The notes under the pieces are model-generated. The model was not told the origin of the DNA, did not search any database, and saw only the letters and a program-made list of their open reading frames with translations. This document shows positions 33,385-43,919 of a stretch of 64,000 nt of DNA, piece after piece. Both the position numbers and the translations under genes were made by a program. How positions within the stretch are numbered: the stretch's first letter is position 1; the number at the start of each line of letters is the position of its first letter. The stretch comes from an uncultured Trueperaceae bacterium (GTDB lineage: Bacteria; Deinococcota; Deinococci; Deinococcales; Trueperaceae): assembly GCA_963815215.1 (NCBI GenBank), contig CAWFFU010000003.1, positions 544,001 through 608,000 of the forward strand, in the 5' to 3' direction.

Positions 33385-35340
33385 TCAGATGAGCCAGTAG
33401 CGTCCGTAAGGCGGGACGGACAGTGCGCCGCGAGAGACGTCGACGAAGGACTGTCCGAGCTGATCGAAGGGCTGGTGGAGGCTCCGATCGGCCAACACGG
33501 CGGCATCGAGCCACTGCGACGACTCGCTGAAGTTGTAGATCTCGATCAGCTCCCCCAGCGGGTGGGGGCGCGACAACACCAGCAGGTGGGCGTGGTCGAC
33601 ATCGAGCACCTCGGTAGCGTAGGCGGAGTTGAGCTGCGGCGTGTGGCTGCGGGCGCGCACGATCCGGCGCAACCCGTGGAAGATACGGCCCTCGGTACTG
33701 GCCTCGTCGTGACGCCGCTCCGCCTTCTCCCAGTCCATGAAGGGGCGATGCATCCAGCGGTTGTCGGCGGCGTGCTCGGCGTGGCTGGTGTAGCGGTAGT
33801 CGTTGGTCATGCCGATCTCGTCCCCCATGTAGATCAGCGGGATGCCCCCGAAGCCGCAGATGAGGGCGTGACCGAGCAGGATGCGTTCGATACTGAGCGC
33901 CACCAGGCGCTCGTCGGCGACCTCGACGGCGAGCTCCAGGCCGCCCAGGCTCGCCAGACTCCCGGAGATCCTGCGATCGCCCGTCTTGCGGTTGTGCTGG
34001 AACACCGCGCCGCGCGCGTGCGAGCCCGGGAACTGACCGGAGTAGTAATCCGACAGGAAGCTGCGGTGGCCCGCCCCCGACAGTCCCACCGCGGCCGCGT
34101 CCTCCTCCGTGACCGCCCAGCCGATGTCGTCGTGGCAACGGATGTACGTCCCCCACGCGATCGAGGCCGGCGTGCGCGGGAACTCCCGCAAGGTGTGCAC
34201 CATCAACCGCGTGTCGCGCGTCGCCAGCGACGACCAGAACTGCACCATGAGCGAGTTGTGGTAGGCGATGTTGCTCACCTTGCCGTGGTGCCGGCCGGTG
34301 CCGAAGTAGTGGATCAGGTCGTCGGGCGACACGATGGCCTCGGCCTTGTGGGCGACGGCGGGCGTGGCGATGCGTGAGCAGGCCCGCAACGCCTGCAGCA
34401 CGTCGTGCACCTCCGGCTGGTTCTGACAGTCGGTGCCCAGGCGCTTCCACAGGAAGGCGACCGCGTCCAGGCGGAACACCTCGACGCCCTTGTTGGCCAG
34501 GTAGAACATGATGTCGACGATCTCCAGGAAGACCTCCGGGTTGGTCCAGTTGAGGTCCCACTGGTAGTCGTTGAACGTCGTCCAGATCCACTTGCCGATG
34601 TCCGGGTCGAACGTGAAGTTGCCCGGCGCGAAGTCCGGGAACACCTCTGGCAGGGTCTTCTCGTACTCGTCGGGAACAGCCCGGTCGTCGAACATGAAGA
34701 AGTAGTCCTGGTAGCGCTCGTCCCCCTGCGCCGCCTGGCGTGCCCAGGCGTGGTCGTCGGCGCAGTGGTTGAGCACCAGGTCCACGCAGGCGCTGATCCT
34801 GCGCTCACGCAGCTGCCCGCACAGGTACTCGAGGTCGTCGATGGTCCCCAAGCGCGGGTCGACGTCACGGTAATCGCGGATGGCGTAGCCACCGTCGTTC
34901 TCGCCGTCGCGCGGACGCAACGTGTACATCAGGTGGACGTAGTTGACGCCGAGCTCCTCGAGGTAGTCGAGGTGGTCGAGCACTCCGCGCAGGTCCCCGG
35001 CGAAGCGTTCGACGTAGAACACATACCCGAGCATCGACTCGTGCTGGAACCAGTCGGGCGTGAGATCGCGCTCGATGTCGAGCACCTTGAGCGGCTCCGG
35101 CCGCTCCCGATAGTGGCGGGCCATGGCCGCGCCCAATCGCTGCAGGAAGGCCTCGAAATCGGGGCGCCGGCCGTAGACGGGCGATAGCCCGTCGTGGAGG
35201 TTCTGGAAGAAGCGCTCACAGCGGAGCCGGAAGAGCTGGCGGTCGCGCTCAGGGAGGGTTTCGAGTTCGGGGGCGGCAGCCGCCAGGGTGAGCTCCAAGC
35301 GGCGTCGGACCTCCGGGGCGAGGAGGGCGGCGTTGTGCAC
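33385..35340 (-). CDS. Amylosucrase / sucrose hydrolase (GH13_4-like)
   Basis: 'DGGYAI', 'DLVLNH', 'FRLDAVAF' (nucleophile), 'KAEAIV' (acid/base), 'RCHDDIGW', 'RISGSLASL', 'DNRWMHRP'. Confidence 0.9.
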   Translation of the reverse strand: MHNAALLAPEVRRRLELTLAAAAPELETLPERDRQLFRLRCERFFQNLHDGLSPVYGRRPDFEAFLQRLGAAMARHYRERPEPLKVLDIERDLTPDWFQHESMLGYVFYVERFAGDLRGVLDHLDYLEELGVNYVHLMYTLRPRDGENDGGYAIRDYRDVDPRLGTIDDLEYLCGQLRERRISACVDLVLNHCADDHAWARQAAQGDERYQDYFFMFDDRAVPDEYEKTLPEVFPDFAPGNFTFDPDIGKWIWTTFNDYQWDLNWTNPEVFLEIVDIMFYLANKGVEVFRLDAVAFLWKRLGTDCQNQPEVHDVLQALRACSRIATPAVAHKAEAIVSPDDLIHYFGTGRHHGKVSNIAYHNSLMVQFWSSLATRDTRLMVHTLREFPRTPASIAWGTYIRCHDDIGWAVTEEDAAAVGLSGAGHRSFLSDYYSGQFPGSHARGAVFQHNRKTGDRRISGSLASLGGLELAVEVADERLVALSIERILLGHALICGFGGIPLIYMGDEIGMTNDYRYTSHAEHAADNRWMHRPFMDWEKAERRHDEASTEGRIFHGLRRIVRARSHTPQLNSAYATEVLDVDHAHLLVLSRPHPLGELIEIYNFSESSQWLDAAVLADRSLHQPFDQLGQSFVDVSRGALSVPPYGRYWLI

Positions 35341-35427
35341 GCCCCCGTTATACCAGCGTCCCCGACAGCCACGGCGCCCGTGCGAACGTCCGCGGGCGGA
35401 CGGCGGGGCCGCCCGGCCGGGACCTCA

Positions 35428-36588
35428 TCAGGATCGGCTCGCCGCTGTCCGCGCCGCCAGCTCGCGAGCCCGAAGCACACGCGCCCGCGCCTGCTCCAGG
35501 CTGTCGGCGGTAGCGGTGAGGTGGCCCATCTTGCGGCCGGCACGCGCGCCGTCCTTGCCGTAGAGGTGGAGGGCCACGCCCGGCACGGACAGTGCGGCCG
35601 TCCAGTCCGGCTCGCGACCCGACCACACCTCACCCAGCAGGTTGGCCATCGCCGCGGCTCGGCGCACGGCGACGGAGCCCAGCGGCAGACCGGTCACGGC
35701 ACGGAGTTGCTGCTCGAACTGACTCGTCTCCGCGCCCTCGATGGTCAGGTGGCCGGAGTTGTGGGGCCGGGGGGCGATCTCGTTGACCGACAGGCGACCG
35801 CCCGGCTCCAGGAAGAACTCGACGCAGGCGACGCCGACGAGGTCGAGCCCCTCCAGAACGGCGACGGTGATCTCGCGTGCGAGCGCGGCGACCGCGTCGG
35901 GAACCGGGGCGGGCGCACTGCTCAGGTCGAGGATGTGCCGCTCGTGCAGGTTGAGCGCCGGCGCGTAGGCGGCCACGGCGCCGTCGAGCCCGCGCGCGGC
36001 CACCACCGAGAGCTCCGCCTCGAGCTCGACGAAACGCTCGACCACCACCGCCTGGTGTGCGGCCAGGGCCCGCGCCGACGCGCGCCCGCCGCCCGCCTCC
36101 ACCCGCACCTGCCCCTTGCCGTCGTATCCGAATCCCGCGGTCTTCACCACGCACGGCGTCCCCACCGCTGCGATGGCGGCGTCCACATCGCCGCCGGCGG
36201 CAACCTCGACGAACGGCACGTGCGGCACCCCGAGCTCCGCCAGGAAGCGCTTCTCGCGCGCGCGATCCTGGCTGATGTGGAGCGCGACGACACCGGGACG
36301 AACCGGCGCGCGCGACGCTGCGGCCTCGAGCGAGGCGCTCGGGATGTTCTCGAACTCGAGCGTGACGACGTCCACCTCGGACGCGAAACGCGCCACGGCA
36401 TCGACATCATCGTAGTGCGCGACCACCTCGCGCTCGGCGAGCTGTCCGGTGGGCGAGCCGGCCGTGGGCGACAACACATGCACGCGGTAGCCCATCCGGC
36501 GCGCGGCCATCGTGAACATCCTCCCGAGCTGCCCGCTGCCGAGCATGCCGATCGTGGCTCCCGGCAACAGCGGTGTAGGCCGCGTCAC
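35428..36588 (-). CDS. purK: N5-carboxyaminoimidazole ribonucleotide synthase
   Basis: 'GSGQLGRM', 'GYDGKGQ', '[12 protein letters not shown]', 'RKMGH'. Confidence 0.97.
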   Translation of the reverse strand: MTRPTPLLPGATIGMLGSGQLGRMFTMAARRMGYRVHVLSPTAGSPTGQLAEREVVAHYDDVDAVARFASEVDVVTLEFENIPSASLEAAASRAPVRPGVVALHISQDRAREKRFLAELGVPHVPFVEVAAGGDVDAAIAAVGTPCVVKTAGFGYDGKGQVRVEAGGGRASARALAAHQAVVVERFVELEAELSVVAARGLDGAVAAYAPALNLHERHILDLSSAPAPVPDAVAALAREITVAVLEGLDLVGVACVEFFLEPGGRLSVNEIAPRPHNSGHLTIEGAETSQFEQQLRAVTGLPLGSVAVRRAAAMANLLGEVWSGREPDWTAALSVPGVALHLYGKDGARAGRKMGHLTATADSLEQARARVLRARELAARTAASRS

Positions 36589-37118
36589 TCGGGGAGGTAG
36601 TGGTCGGTCGGGAGGCGACTCGCCTCGGCCTGGGCCATCTGCGCGTCTCGGTACGCGTCGAGCCGGCGCGCCAGCTCCGGTCGCGCGAGCGCCAGGATGG
36701 ACACCGCCATCAACGCTGCGTTGGCCGCCCCGGACGCTCCGATGGCCAGCGTGCCCACCGGCACGCCGCGCGGCATCTGTACGATCGACAACAACGAGTC
36801 GAGGCCGTTGAGCGCGCGGCTCTCCACCGGCACGCCCAGCACCGGCAGCCGGGTCTGCGCCGCCACCATGCCGGGGAGGTGGGCGGCGCCACCGGCGCCG
36901 GCGATGATCACCTCGAAGCCGCGGTCGGCTGCGTCACGCGCGAAGGTGCGCATGCGCTCAGGGGTGCGGTGCGCCGACACCACCAGGCAGGCGTGGGGCA
37001 CCTCGAGCTCGTCGAGCAGGGCGTCGGCGTGCCGCATGGTGTCCCAATCGCTGACGCTGCCCATGATGACCGCGACCAGCGCTGTGTCGGCCCGCCGGGC
37101 CTCGTGGCGATCGCTCAT
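36585..37118 (-). CDS. purE: N5-CAIR mutase
   Basis: 'IMGSVSD', 'VSAHRTP', '[12 protein letters not shown]', '[11 protein letters not shown]'. Confidence 0.98.
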   Translation of the reverse strand: MSDRHEARRADTALVAVIMGSVSDWDTMRHADALLDELEVPHACLVVSAHRTPERMRTFARDAADRGFEVIIAGAGGAAHLPGMVAAQTRLPVLGVPVESRALNGLDSLLSIVQMPRGVPVGTLAIGASGAANAALMAVSILALARPELARRLDAYRDAQMAQAEASRLPTDHYLPE

Positions 37119-38173
37119 GCTCCGTCCTCCCGTTCACGGCTCCCGCCGGCCGCGTCGACGGCGCTCGTGGCGCGCCGAAGCCGGTCGCGCACGGCGAGCC
37201 AGTCGTCCCCCTCGGGGACAGCTTCGATCAGGATGCGGCGCCAGCCGCCGGCATCGAGGTGGCGGAGAGCGGCGTACAATCCGCGGCCGAAGTCCTCCGG
37301 TTCGTCGGGCAGCTCCAGCCACGTCCCGCTCGGACCTCCCGGCCTGGGCCGGCGGGCCAGCACCCCGACGCCCCCTCCCAGCTCCGCCAGGCGCTCCTCC
37401 AGGGCGGCGCCCGGCACGAGCTCGGCGGGCGTGGAGGGGGCGTAGTGTCGCGGCAACCCGCCCGGAGCGCGGGGCGCCCCGCTCGTCGGCGACGGCCCCG
37501 CCCCCCCGGCCGGCCGCGCCTCGCGCTCGAGCAGGTGCTCGGCCAGCGCCACCCGCTCGCCCAAGGCCTCCTCCAACGCGCGGCGGTGCACCCCTCCAGG
37601 CCGCAGGATGCGAGGGGCGCCCCCACTGAGGTCAACGATGGTCGACTCCAGTCCCACCCGGCACGCACCCCCGTCCAGGACGAGCACGTCCAGGTCGGCG
37701 AACTCGTCGACGACGTGCCCCGCGGTGGTCGGGCTGATGCGCCCGAAGCGGTTCGCCGACGGTGCCGCCACCCCGCCGGCGAAGGCCTGCAACAGGCGCA
37801 ACGCGAGCGGATGGTCGGGCACCCGCAGTCCCACCGTGTCCTGACCCCCCGTCACCTCGTCGGGTACGTCGGCCGCCCGCGACAGCACCAGCGTCAGCGG
37901 GCCCGGCCAGAAGGTCTCGGCCAGGCGCCAGGCGGCATCGGGGACCTCGCGCGCCCACGTCGTGAGAGCAAGTGCGGAGGGTAGATGGACGATGACCGGG
38001 TGCTCGGGCGGCCTCCCCTTCGCGGCGTAGAGGCGGGCCAGCGCCCTAGGATCGCGGGCGGACGCTCCCAGGCCGTAGACCGTCTCGGTGGGGAACGCCA
38101 CCAGACCTCCACGACGCAGCGCCTCCGCTGCTTGCGTCACGTCCTGCTCCGAAGTGGAGAGCAACCGGCTCAT
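37115..38173 (-). CDS. sua5: L-threonylcarbamoyladenylate synthase (Sua5 long form)
   Basis: '[10 protein letters not shown]', 'KGRP', 'APSAN', 'GLEST'; SUA5 domain 'APG..HYAP', 'DRLRRA'. Confidence 0.95.
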   Translation of the reverse strand: MSRLLSTSEQDVTQAAEALRRGGLVAFPTETVYGLGASARDPRALARLYAAKGRPPEHPVIVHLPSALALTTWAREVPDAAWRLAETFWPGPLTLVLSRAADVPDEVTGGQDTVGLRVPDHPLALRLLQAFAGGVAAPSANRFGRISPTTAGHVVDEFADLDVLVLDGGACRVGLESTIVDLSGGAPRILRPGGVHRRALEEALGERVALAEHLLEREARPAGGAGPSPTSGAPRAPGGLPRHYAPSTPAELVPGAALEERLAELGGGVGVLARRPRPGGPSGTWLELPDEPEDFGRGLYAALRHLDAGGWRRILIEAVPEGDDWLAVRDRLRRATSAVDAAGGSREREDGA

Positions 38174-38204
38174 GCCGGCCAAAGCATACCCGAGGGCGAG
38201 CCGC

Positions 38205-39470
38205 TCATCCGATCAGGACCACCCTCAGGTCGTTGACGTTGGTGCGGGTCGGACCGGTGACGAACAGGGCGCCGAGGTCCCGCAACACCGTGTAGCTGTC
38301 GTTGCGCCGCAGGGCGTCGCGCGCGTCCCGCCGCTGCAGGCGCCCCCGCTGCTCCGGCCCCAACAGGGCGCCGGCGTTGTCCTCGCTGCCGTCGATGCCG
38401 TCGCTGTCGGCGGCGAGCCACCACACCGGGGCGGCGTCGGGGAGCTCCAGGGCCAGCGCCAGCGCGAACTCGCCGTTGCGTCCACCCCGGCCCTCGCCGA
38501 CCACCGTGACCGTCGTCTCGCCACCCGAGAGCAGCGCGCACGGCCGCTCGAACGGCTGTCCGTGCGCCAGGACCTGGCGTACCAACGCGGCGTGCACGCC
38601 CGCCACCACGCGCGCCTCGCCCGTCACTGAGCCGGAGAGCACGTGCGCGTCCCAGCCGCGGCGCTGAAGCGCTCGAGCCGCGGCGTCCAGCGCGGTCTGA
38701 GCCGAGGCGATCACCACGTTCGCCACGCCCTCCAGACGCGGGTCGCCCGCGTCCGGGGTCTCCTCGCGCTCACCCCGCGCGCCGGCCTCCAGGAGCGATC
38801 GGGCGGCGGAATGGTCGATGTGGTAGCGCTCCAGCACTTCCAACGCGTCCGCGAAACGGCTCCCGTCCGCCGCCGTGGGCCCGCTGGCGATGACGGACGG
38901 GTCGTCGCCCACCACGTCGGACACGAGCAACGCCAGGACCGGCGCGGGTGCGGCGGCCAGCGCCAGGCGCCCCCCCTTGACGCGCGACAGATGCTTGCGA
39001 ACGGCGTTCATCTCTCCGATGTCCGCGCCCGAGCGCAGCAACGCCTGCGTGAGCCGCGCCAACTCGGGCAGGCTGAGGCCGTCGGGCGCACTCAGCAACG
39101 CCGAGCCGCCGCCCGAGATCAGACACAGCACACGGTCGTCCTCGCCGGCGCTCTCGACCAGCCGCAGGATACGCTCGGTCGCCACCACGCCTGCCTCGTC
39201 AGGCACAGGGTGCGCCGCTTCGACGACCTCGATCCGGCGCGTGGGCAGGGCATGGCCGTAGCGTGTGACGACGATCCCCTCGAGGGTAGCGTCGGGAGGG
39301 TAGTGGTCCTCGACCGCCCGCGCCATCGCCGCCGCCGCCTTGCCCGCGCCGACCACCAGCAGGCGCCCGCGCGGCGGCTCGGCGAGGTGGGCCACCACCG
39401 CAACCGCCGGGTCCGCCGCTCGGACGCCCGCCTCGAACGCGGCCCTCAGATCGTCGGCGGGCGATCTCAC
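38205..39470 (-). CDS. Glycerate 2-kinase (MOFRL family)
   Basis: 'GAGKAA', 'LISGGGSAL', 'IASGPT', 'GGETTV', 'TGPTRTNVND'. Confidence 0.93.
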   Translation of the reverse strand: MRSPADDLRAAFEAGVRAADPAVAVVAHLAEPPRGRLLVVGAGKAAAAMARAVEDHYPPDATLEGIVVTRYGHALPTRRIEVVEAAHPVPDEAGVVATERILRLVESAGEDDRVLCLISGGGSALLSAPDGLSLPELARLTQALLRSGADIGEMNAVRKHLSRVKGGRLALAAAPAPVLALLVSDVVGDDPSVIASGPTAADGSRFADALEVLERYHIDHSAARSLLEAGARGEREETPDAGDPRLEGVANVVIASAQTALDAAARALQRRGWDAHVLSGSVTGEARVVAGVHAALVRQVLAHGQPFERPCALLSGGETTVTVVGEGRGGRNGEFALALALELPDAAPVWWLAADSDGIDGSEDNAGALLGPEQRGRLQRRDARDALRRNDSYTVLRDLGALFVTGPTRTNVNDLRVVLIG

Positions 39471-39573
39471 GTCGTCACCGCACGCGCCGCCTTCGCGACC
39501 GAGCGCGTTGCTTCCTGGCCAGTTGCCGTCTCGTTCTCCCGAAGAAGCTCCATGGTGAGGCTAGAATACAGAC

Positions 39574-39858
39574 ATGTTCGGACTGTTCCGCCGCCAGGAT
39601 CCGCGTTTTCGGGACGACGGCAACTTCCTCCTGACCCAGGTGCGCACCGCCAGGCACGGCGAGGTCATCCATGTGCGGCTCTCCAAGACCAGCGAGATGA
39701 GCCTGCAGGGCAACGGCTACTTCGTGCGCAAGGTACTGGTGGGGCCCGACTCCCTCGACCAGGCGGTGCTCGAGGTCACCACCAATCGTGCCCACAAGGT
39801 GACCCTGGCCGTCGTCGACGGCGGCGACCTGGTGCCCGCTCGGCAGTGGGAGGCGTGA
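39574..39858 (+). CDS. Hypothetical protein (94 aa)
   Basis: TAGAAT lies 6 nt before the ATG; coding-like codon usage; fills the intergenic gap. Confidence 0.75.
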   Translation: MFGLFRRQDPRFRDDGNFLLTQVRTARHGEVIHVRLSKTSEMSLQGNGYFVRKVLVGPDSLDQAVLEVTTNRAHKVTLAVVDGGDLVPARQWEA

Positions 39859-39871
39859 GCGCAGCAGCCGG

Positions 39872-40255
39872 CTACTGAGCGCTGAGCAAGTCCGGGCGCA
39901 ACCGTCGTGCCTCGCGCAGGTAGATGTGCCGCATCTCGCCCTGGGCCTTACGGGTATTGAGTTGCAGCATGACGCGGACACAGCGCGGCAGGCGGTCGGG
40001 CACTGGGATCTCCTGGTTACACAGCAGCGGCACCAACGTCATGCCGAGCTCGCGCGCGGCTTCGGCCGGGAAGGTCGACCGCAGGTCCTGCGTCGTCGTG
40101 AAGAAGATCGCGGCGATGGCGTCGAAGTCTTCGATGCCGTTCTCCTCCAGCATCACCTGGAGGAGCTCGCGGGTGGCCTCGAGGATGCGCTCGGGATCGT
40201 CGGCGGTCACGGTGGTGGCACCCCGGATCCCTCTCACCCAGTACGGTCGCTCCAT
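39872..40255 (-). CDS. aroH: Chorismate mutase, AroH class
   Basis: 'VRGIRGATT', 'FPAEAAR', 'HIYLREARRLRPDL'. Confidence 0.95.
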   Translation of the reverse strand: MERPYWVRGIRGATTVTADDPERILEATRELLQVMLEENGIEDFDAIAAIFFTTTQDLRSTFPAEAARELGMTLVPLLCNQEIPVPDRLPRCVRVMLQLNTRKAQGEMRHIYLREARRLRPDLLSAQ

Positions 40256-40339
40256 GGGGCGAAGTCTACCAGACGGGCCGGTCGCGCCCCACGTCCGTAC
40301 AACGGGGGCGGCCATCCCCGAGGCTGCTAGGTTGACGCC

Positions 40340-41533
40340 ATGAGCGCCAACGCGCATGCCGCCGAGCCGCTGTGGTTCGAGTTGACCTCCGACCAACGTG
40401 CCTTGCTGGGCCCTCTGCGTGACTACCTCCGCTCCGAGGTGGCACCCGGAGCCATCGAGCGCGACCGCAGCGGGGCCTTCCCGCACGACATCGTTCGCAC
40501 CCTTGGAGGCATGGGGGTGTTCGGCCTCCAGGTACCCGAGCGCTACGGCGGGGCGGCGCTCGACACCGCGACCGCGGCCCTCATCATCGAGGAGATCGGC
40601 GCGGTCGACGGCTCGCTGTGCCTCACCGTCGCCTCGCACAACTCGTTATGCACGGGCCACCTGCTGCAGGCGGCCGACGACGCCCAGAAGGAGCGCCACC
40701 TGCCGGCTCTGGCGCGCGCCGAGCGTCTCGGCGCCTGGTGCCTGACGGAGCCCGCCTCGGGATCGGACGCCGCCGCTCTGAGAACGCGCGCCGTGCAAGA
40801 CGCGGACAGCTACCTCATCGACGGGTCCAAGGTGTTCATCACGCAGGGCACGGTGGCGGGCACCTACGTGGTGATCGCCCGCACCGACCCACCCCGCGAC
40901 GGCCACTCCAAGGCGGACGGCATCAGCGCCTTCGTCGTCGACGGAGACACGCCCGGACTGATCCGGGGCGTCCCCGAGGAGAAGCTCGGGTTGCACAGCT
41001 CCGACACCACGCCCCTGACCTTCGAAGGGATGCGCGTGCCGGCCGAGAACCTGCTCGGCGCACGCGGTCGTGGCTTCGAGGACGTGAAGGCGGTGCTCGA
41101 CGGCGGGCGCATCGGCATCGGCGCGATGGGGATCGGGCTGGGCCGCGCCGCCCTGGAGATCGCCGCCCGCTACGCCCTGGAGCGCGAGCAGTTCGGCCGG
41201 CCCATCGCCCGCAACCAGGCGATCGCCTTCAAGCTGGCCGAGATGGCGACCGAGCTGGAGGCGGCTCGGCTGTTGGTGATGAAGGCGGCCGCCTTGCGCG
41301 ATGCCGGGCGCGACCACACCCTGGCGGCGTCGATGGCCAAGCTCAAGGGCAGCGTGGCCGGGGTGGCCGCCTGCGACGCCGCCATCCAGATCCTGGGCGG
41401 CTACGGCTACGTGCGCGATTACCAGGTGGAACGGCTGTGGCGCGACGCCCGACTCACGCGCATCGGTGAGGGCACCGACGAGATCCAGCACCTGGTCATC
41501 GCGCGCCAGGTGCTGCAGGCCTTCGCGGCCTGA
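40340..41533 (+). CDS. Acyl-CoA dehydrogenase
   Basis: 'LTEPASGSDA', 'GSKVFIT', 'REQFGRPI', 'QILGGYGY', 'IGEGTDEIQ'. Confidence 0.95.
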   Translation: MSANAHAAEPLWFELTSDQRALLGPLRDYLRSEVAPGAIERDRSGAFPHDIVRTLGGMGVFGLQVPERYGGAALDTATAALIIEEIGAVDGSLCLTVASHNSLCTGHLLQAADDAQKERHLPALARAERLGAWCLTEPASGSDAAALRTRAVQDADSYLIDGSKVFITQGTVAGTYVVIARTDPPRDGHSKADGISAFVVDGDTPGLIRGVPEEKLGLHSSDTTPLTFEGMRVPAENLLGARGRGFEDVKAVLDGGRIGIGAMGIGLGRAALEIAARYALEREQFGRPIARNQAIAFKLAEMATELEAARLLVMKAAALRDAGRDHTLAASMAKLKGSVAGVAACDAAIQILGGYGYVRDYQVERLWRDARLTRIGEGTDEIQHLVIARQVLQAFAA

Positions 41534-41551
41534 GTCGACGCCCGCTCCGCC

Positions 41552-42580
41552 TCAGGCCGCCGCGCCGACCGCTCGCCGGCGGCCGTCGAGTACATCGTCA
41601 GGCAGCCACGCCAACGCTTCCAGCACCAGCTCGGGCCCGACCCCGGGCCGGAGCGCACCCTCGGTGAGGTGTCGGCGCCAGCGACGGCCCCCCGGCAGCC
41701 CGCGGAACAGCGACAGCAGGTGCCGGGTGAGCGCGTGGAGCGGCGCGCCCTCAGCGAGGCGCTCCTCGACGTAGGGCAGCATGCGCAGGACGATCTGGCG
41801 GCCCGTGGGGGCGCTGATGCCACCGGGTCGCGACGCATAGAACGACCTGTCCGCCTCGGCCAGCAGCAGCGGGTCGTCGTACACGGCCCGTCCCAGCATC
41901 ACCCCGTCCACCTGCTCCAAGTGGACGGCGGCCGCTTCCAGATCGGCAACGCCTCCGTTGAGCTCGACCAGCGCCCGCGGAACCGCGCGCTTGAGGCGGT
42001 AGACATCCTGGTACCGCAGCGGGGGGACTTCCCGGTTCTCCTTGGGACTCAGGCCCGACAGCCAGGCCTTGCGCGCGTGCACCGTGAAGGCATCGGCACC
42101 GGCGGGAAGCACGGTCCGGACGAACGCTTCGAGGTCCTCGTAGCGGTCCATCGCATCGACGCCGATGCGATGTTTGACCGTCACCGGCAGCTCGATCGCC
42201 GCGCGCATCGCCGCCACCGCCCGCGCCACCACGTCGGGCGTCGCCATCAAGCAGGCGCCGAAGTTCGCAGACGCCACCCGAGGGCTGGGACAGCCGACGT
42301 TGAGGTTCACCTCGTCGTAGCCCAGGTCCTGTGCGATGCGCGCCGCCTCGGCCAGCTCGGTGGCGTCGTCGCCGCCGAGCTGGAGCGCCAGCGGGCGCTC
42401 GTCGCGGTGGTAGCCCAGAAGGCGCGCCCGGTCGCCGTGGAGCACCGCCTTTGCCGTGACCATCTCGCTGTACAGCAGGGTGTGTCGGGTGATCCCGCGC
42501 AGCAGGTAGCGGAAGTGGCGGTCGGTCCTGTCCATCATGGGGGCGACCGACAGGGGTCGGGCGAACGTCCGGCGGCTCAA
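41552..42580 (-). CDS. dusA: tRNA-dihydrouridine(20/20a) synthase
   Basis: '[13 protein letters not shown]', 'NLNVGCPS', '[21 protein letters not shown]'; TTG overlaps the ispH stop. Confidence 0.95.
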   Translation of the reverse strand: MSRRTFARPLSVAPMMDRTDRHFRYLLRGITRHTLLYSEMVTAKAVLHGDRARLLGYHRDERPLALQLGGDDATELAEAARIAQDLGYDEVNLNVGCPSPRVASANFGACLMATPDVVARAVAAMRAAIELPVTVKHRIGVDAMDRYEDLEAFVRTVLPAGADAFTVHARKAWLSGLSPKENREVPPLRYQDVYRLKRAVPRALVELNGGVADLEAAAVHLEQVDGVMLGRAVYDDPLLLAEADRSFYASRPGGISAPTGRQIVLRMLPYVEERLAEGAPLHALTRHLLSLFRGLPGGRRWRRHLTEGALRPGVGPELVLEALAWLPDDVLDGRRRAVGAAA

Positions 42581-43584
42581 CGCGGCCCCTCCCCTGGCGA
42601 ACGCCTGCGGGGAGCGCGGAACGCCACCGTCTCCCACTCCCCCTCCTCCACCACCGCGAGCTCGGGGTTGGCGCGTCGGAACACGTCCACGACCTCCTGC
42701 ACCAGGTCCTCCGGGGTGGACGCCGCCGACGTGACGCCGACCCGGCGCACGCCCTCGAGCCAGGCGGGGTCGATGTCATCCGCGACCTCGATGCGCCTCG
42801 ACCGGCCGCACAGGTCTTGCGCCAGCTCGTACAGCCGCATGCCGTTGGAGCTGGTGGCGCTGCTGACCACCAGGAACAGATCGACGCCCCCCGCGATGCG
42901 CCGCACCGCATCCTGTCGGTTCTTGGTGGCGTAGCACAGGTCGTCGGCAGGGGGCACGACGAGCTCCGGGAAACGTTGTTTGAGCCGCTCGATGGTGCGC
43001 TGCGTGTCGTCGACCGACAGGGTCGTCTGGGTGAGGACGACCACCTTGCGGGGGTCGGGAACTTCGACCGTCTCCGGGTCGGCCAGCTCGGGATCGGGCC
43101 GGCGCTCGCCCAGCACGCCCACGACGATGGTCTGCTCGGGCGCCTCGCCGCGCGTCCCGATGACCTCCTGGTGCTGCGCGGAGTCGCCGATGAGCAGGAT
43201 GTGGTAACCGCGACCGGCGTACTTCTTGGCTTCGCTGTGGACCTTGGTGACCAGCGGGCAGGTGGCGTCGACGGTGGTGAGGCCGGCCTCCTCCGCCTGG
43301 CGACGCACCTCCGGCGAGACGCCGTGGGCACTGAACACGACGGTATCGCTCCCCGCCGAGCCGCGCCCAGCCGCCATGGCAGCGAGATCCTCGACGAAGC
43401 CGACCCCCTCCTCGCGCTCCAGGCGCTCGACCACCGTTCGGTTGTGGACGATGGAGTGGTAGACGGTCACGGGCGGCTCGCCGCGCTCGGCGTTCTCACG
43501 AGCCGCATTCCTGACCGCCTCGATGGCCATCACGACACCGGCGCAGAAGCCGCGCGGCTTGGCGAGGTAGAGGGTCTCGACCAT
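42577..43584 (-). CDS. ispH: 4-hydroxy-3-methylbut-2-enyl diphosphate reductase
   Basis: 'PRGFCAGV', 'DATCPLV', 'TQTTLS', 'CYATKNRQ', 'ASTP'. Confidence 0.97.
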   Translation of the reverse strand: MVETLYLAKPRGFCAGVVMAIEAVRNAARENAERGEPPVTVYHSIVHNRTVVERLEREEGVGFVEDLAAMAAGRGSAGSDTVVFSAHGVSPEVRRQAEEAGLTTVDATCPLVTKVHSEAKKYAGRGYHILLIGDSAQHQEVIGTRGEAPEQTIVVGVLGERRPDPELADPETVEVPDPRKVVVLTQTTLSVDDTQRTIERLKQRFPELVVPPADDLCYATKNRQDAVRRIAGGVDLFLVVSSATSSNGMRLYELAQDLCGRSRRIEVADDIDPAWLEGVRRVGVTSAASTPEDLVQEVVDVFRRANPELAVVEEGEWETVAFRAPRRRSPGEGPR

Positions 43585-43677
43585 GACCCGGCGATTGTAC
43601 CGGGCGGCCGTCGCACGGACCGTAGGCCGGACGCGGTTGTCGCGTTTCCCACGGTAGAAATGCCCTCTGGCGCCCGC

Positions 43678-43707
43678 TTGACCCTCCGTCGGGGAGCGTG
43701 ATAGCAT
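43678..43707 (+). promoter_or_regulatory. Sigma70-type promoter of tRNA-Ile
   Basis: TTGACC-N18-TAGCAT, about 35 nt before the tRNA. Confidence 0.6.
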
Positions 43708-43742
43708 CGGCTTCGCTCGCCACACGGCGACGAGGATCCTGC

Positions 43743-43819
43743 GGGCGATTAGCTCAGTCGGTTAGAGCGCGTCGCTGATAACGACGAGGTCGGTGGTTCG
43801 AGTCCACCATCGCCCACCA
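43743..43819 (+). tRNA. tRNA-Ile (GAT)
   Basis: Acceptor GGGCGAT/ATCGCCC, D-arm AGCTCAG..AGAGC, anticodon arm CGTCG-CTGATAA-CGACG, T-arm GGTGG-TTCGAGT-CCACC, encoded CCA. Confidence 0.97.
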
Positions 43820-43822
43820 GCA

Positions 43823-43849
43823 CAGGCGCACCCCATCGGGGTGCGCCTG
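43823..43849 (+). terminator. Stem-loop after tRNA-Ile
   Basis: caggcgcacccc-atc-ggggtgcgcctg, a perfect 12-bp stem. Confidence 0.6.
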
Positions 43850-43919
43850 ACTCGTGGTGGGACGCCGAACGCCGCCGGGCCGGCGACCCGGTACGGAGCG
43901 TCTGCGCCGCGCCGGGGGC

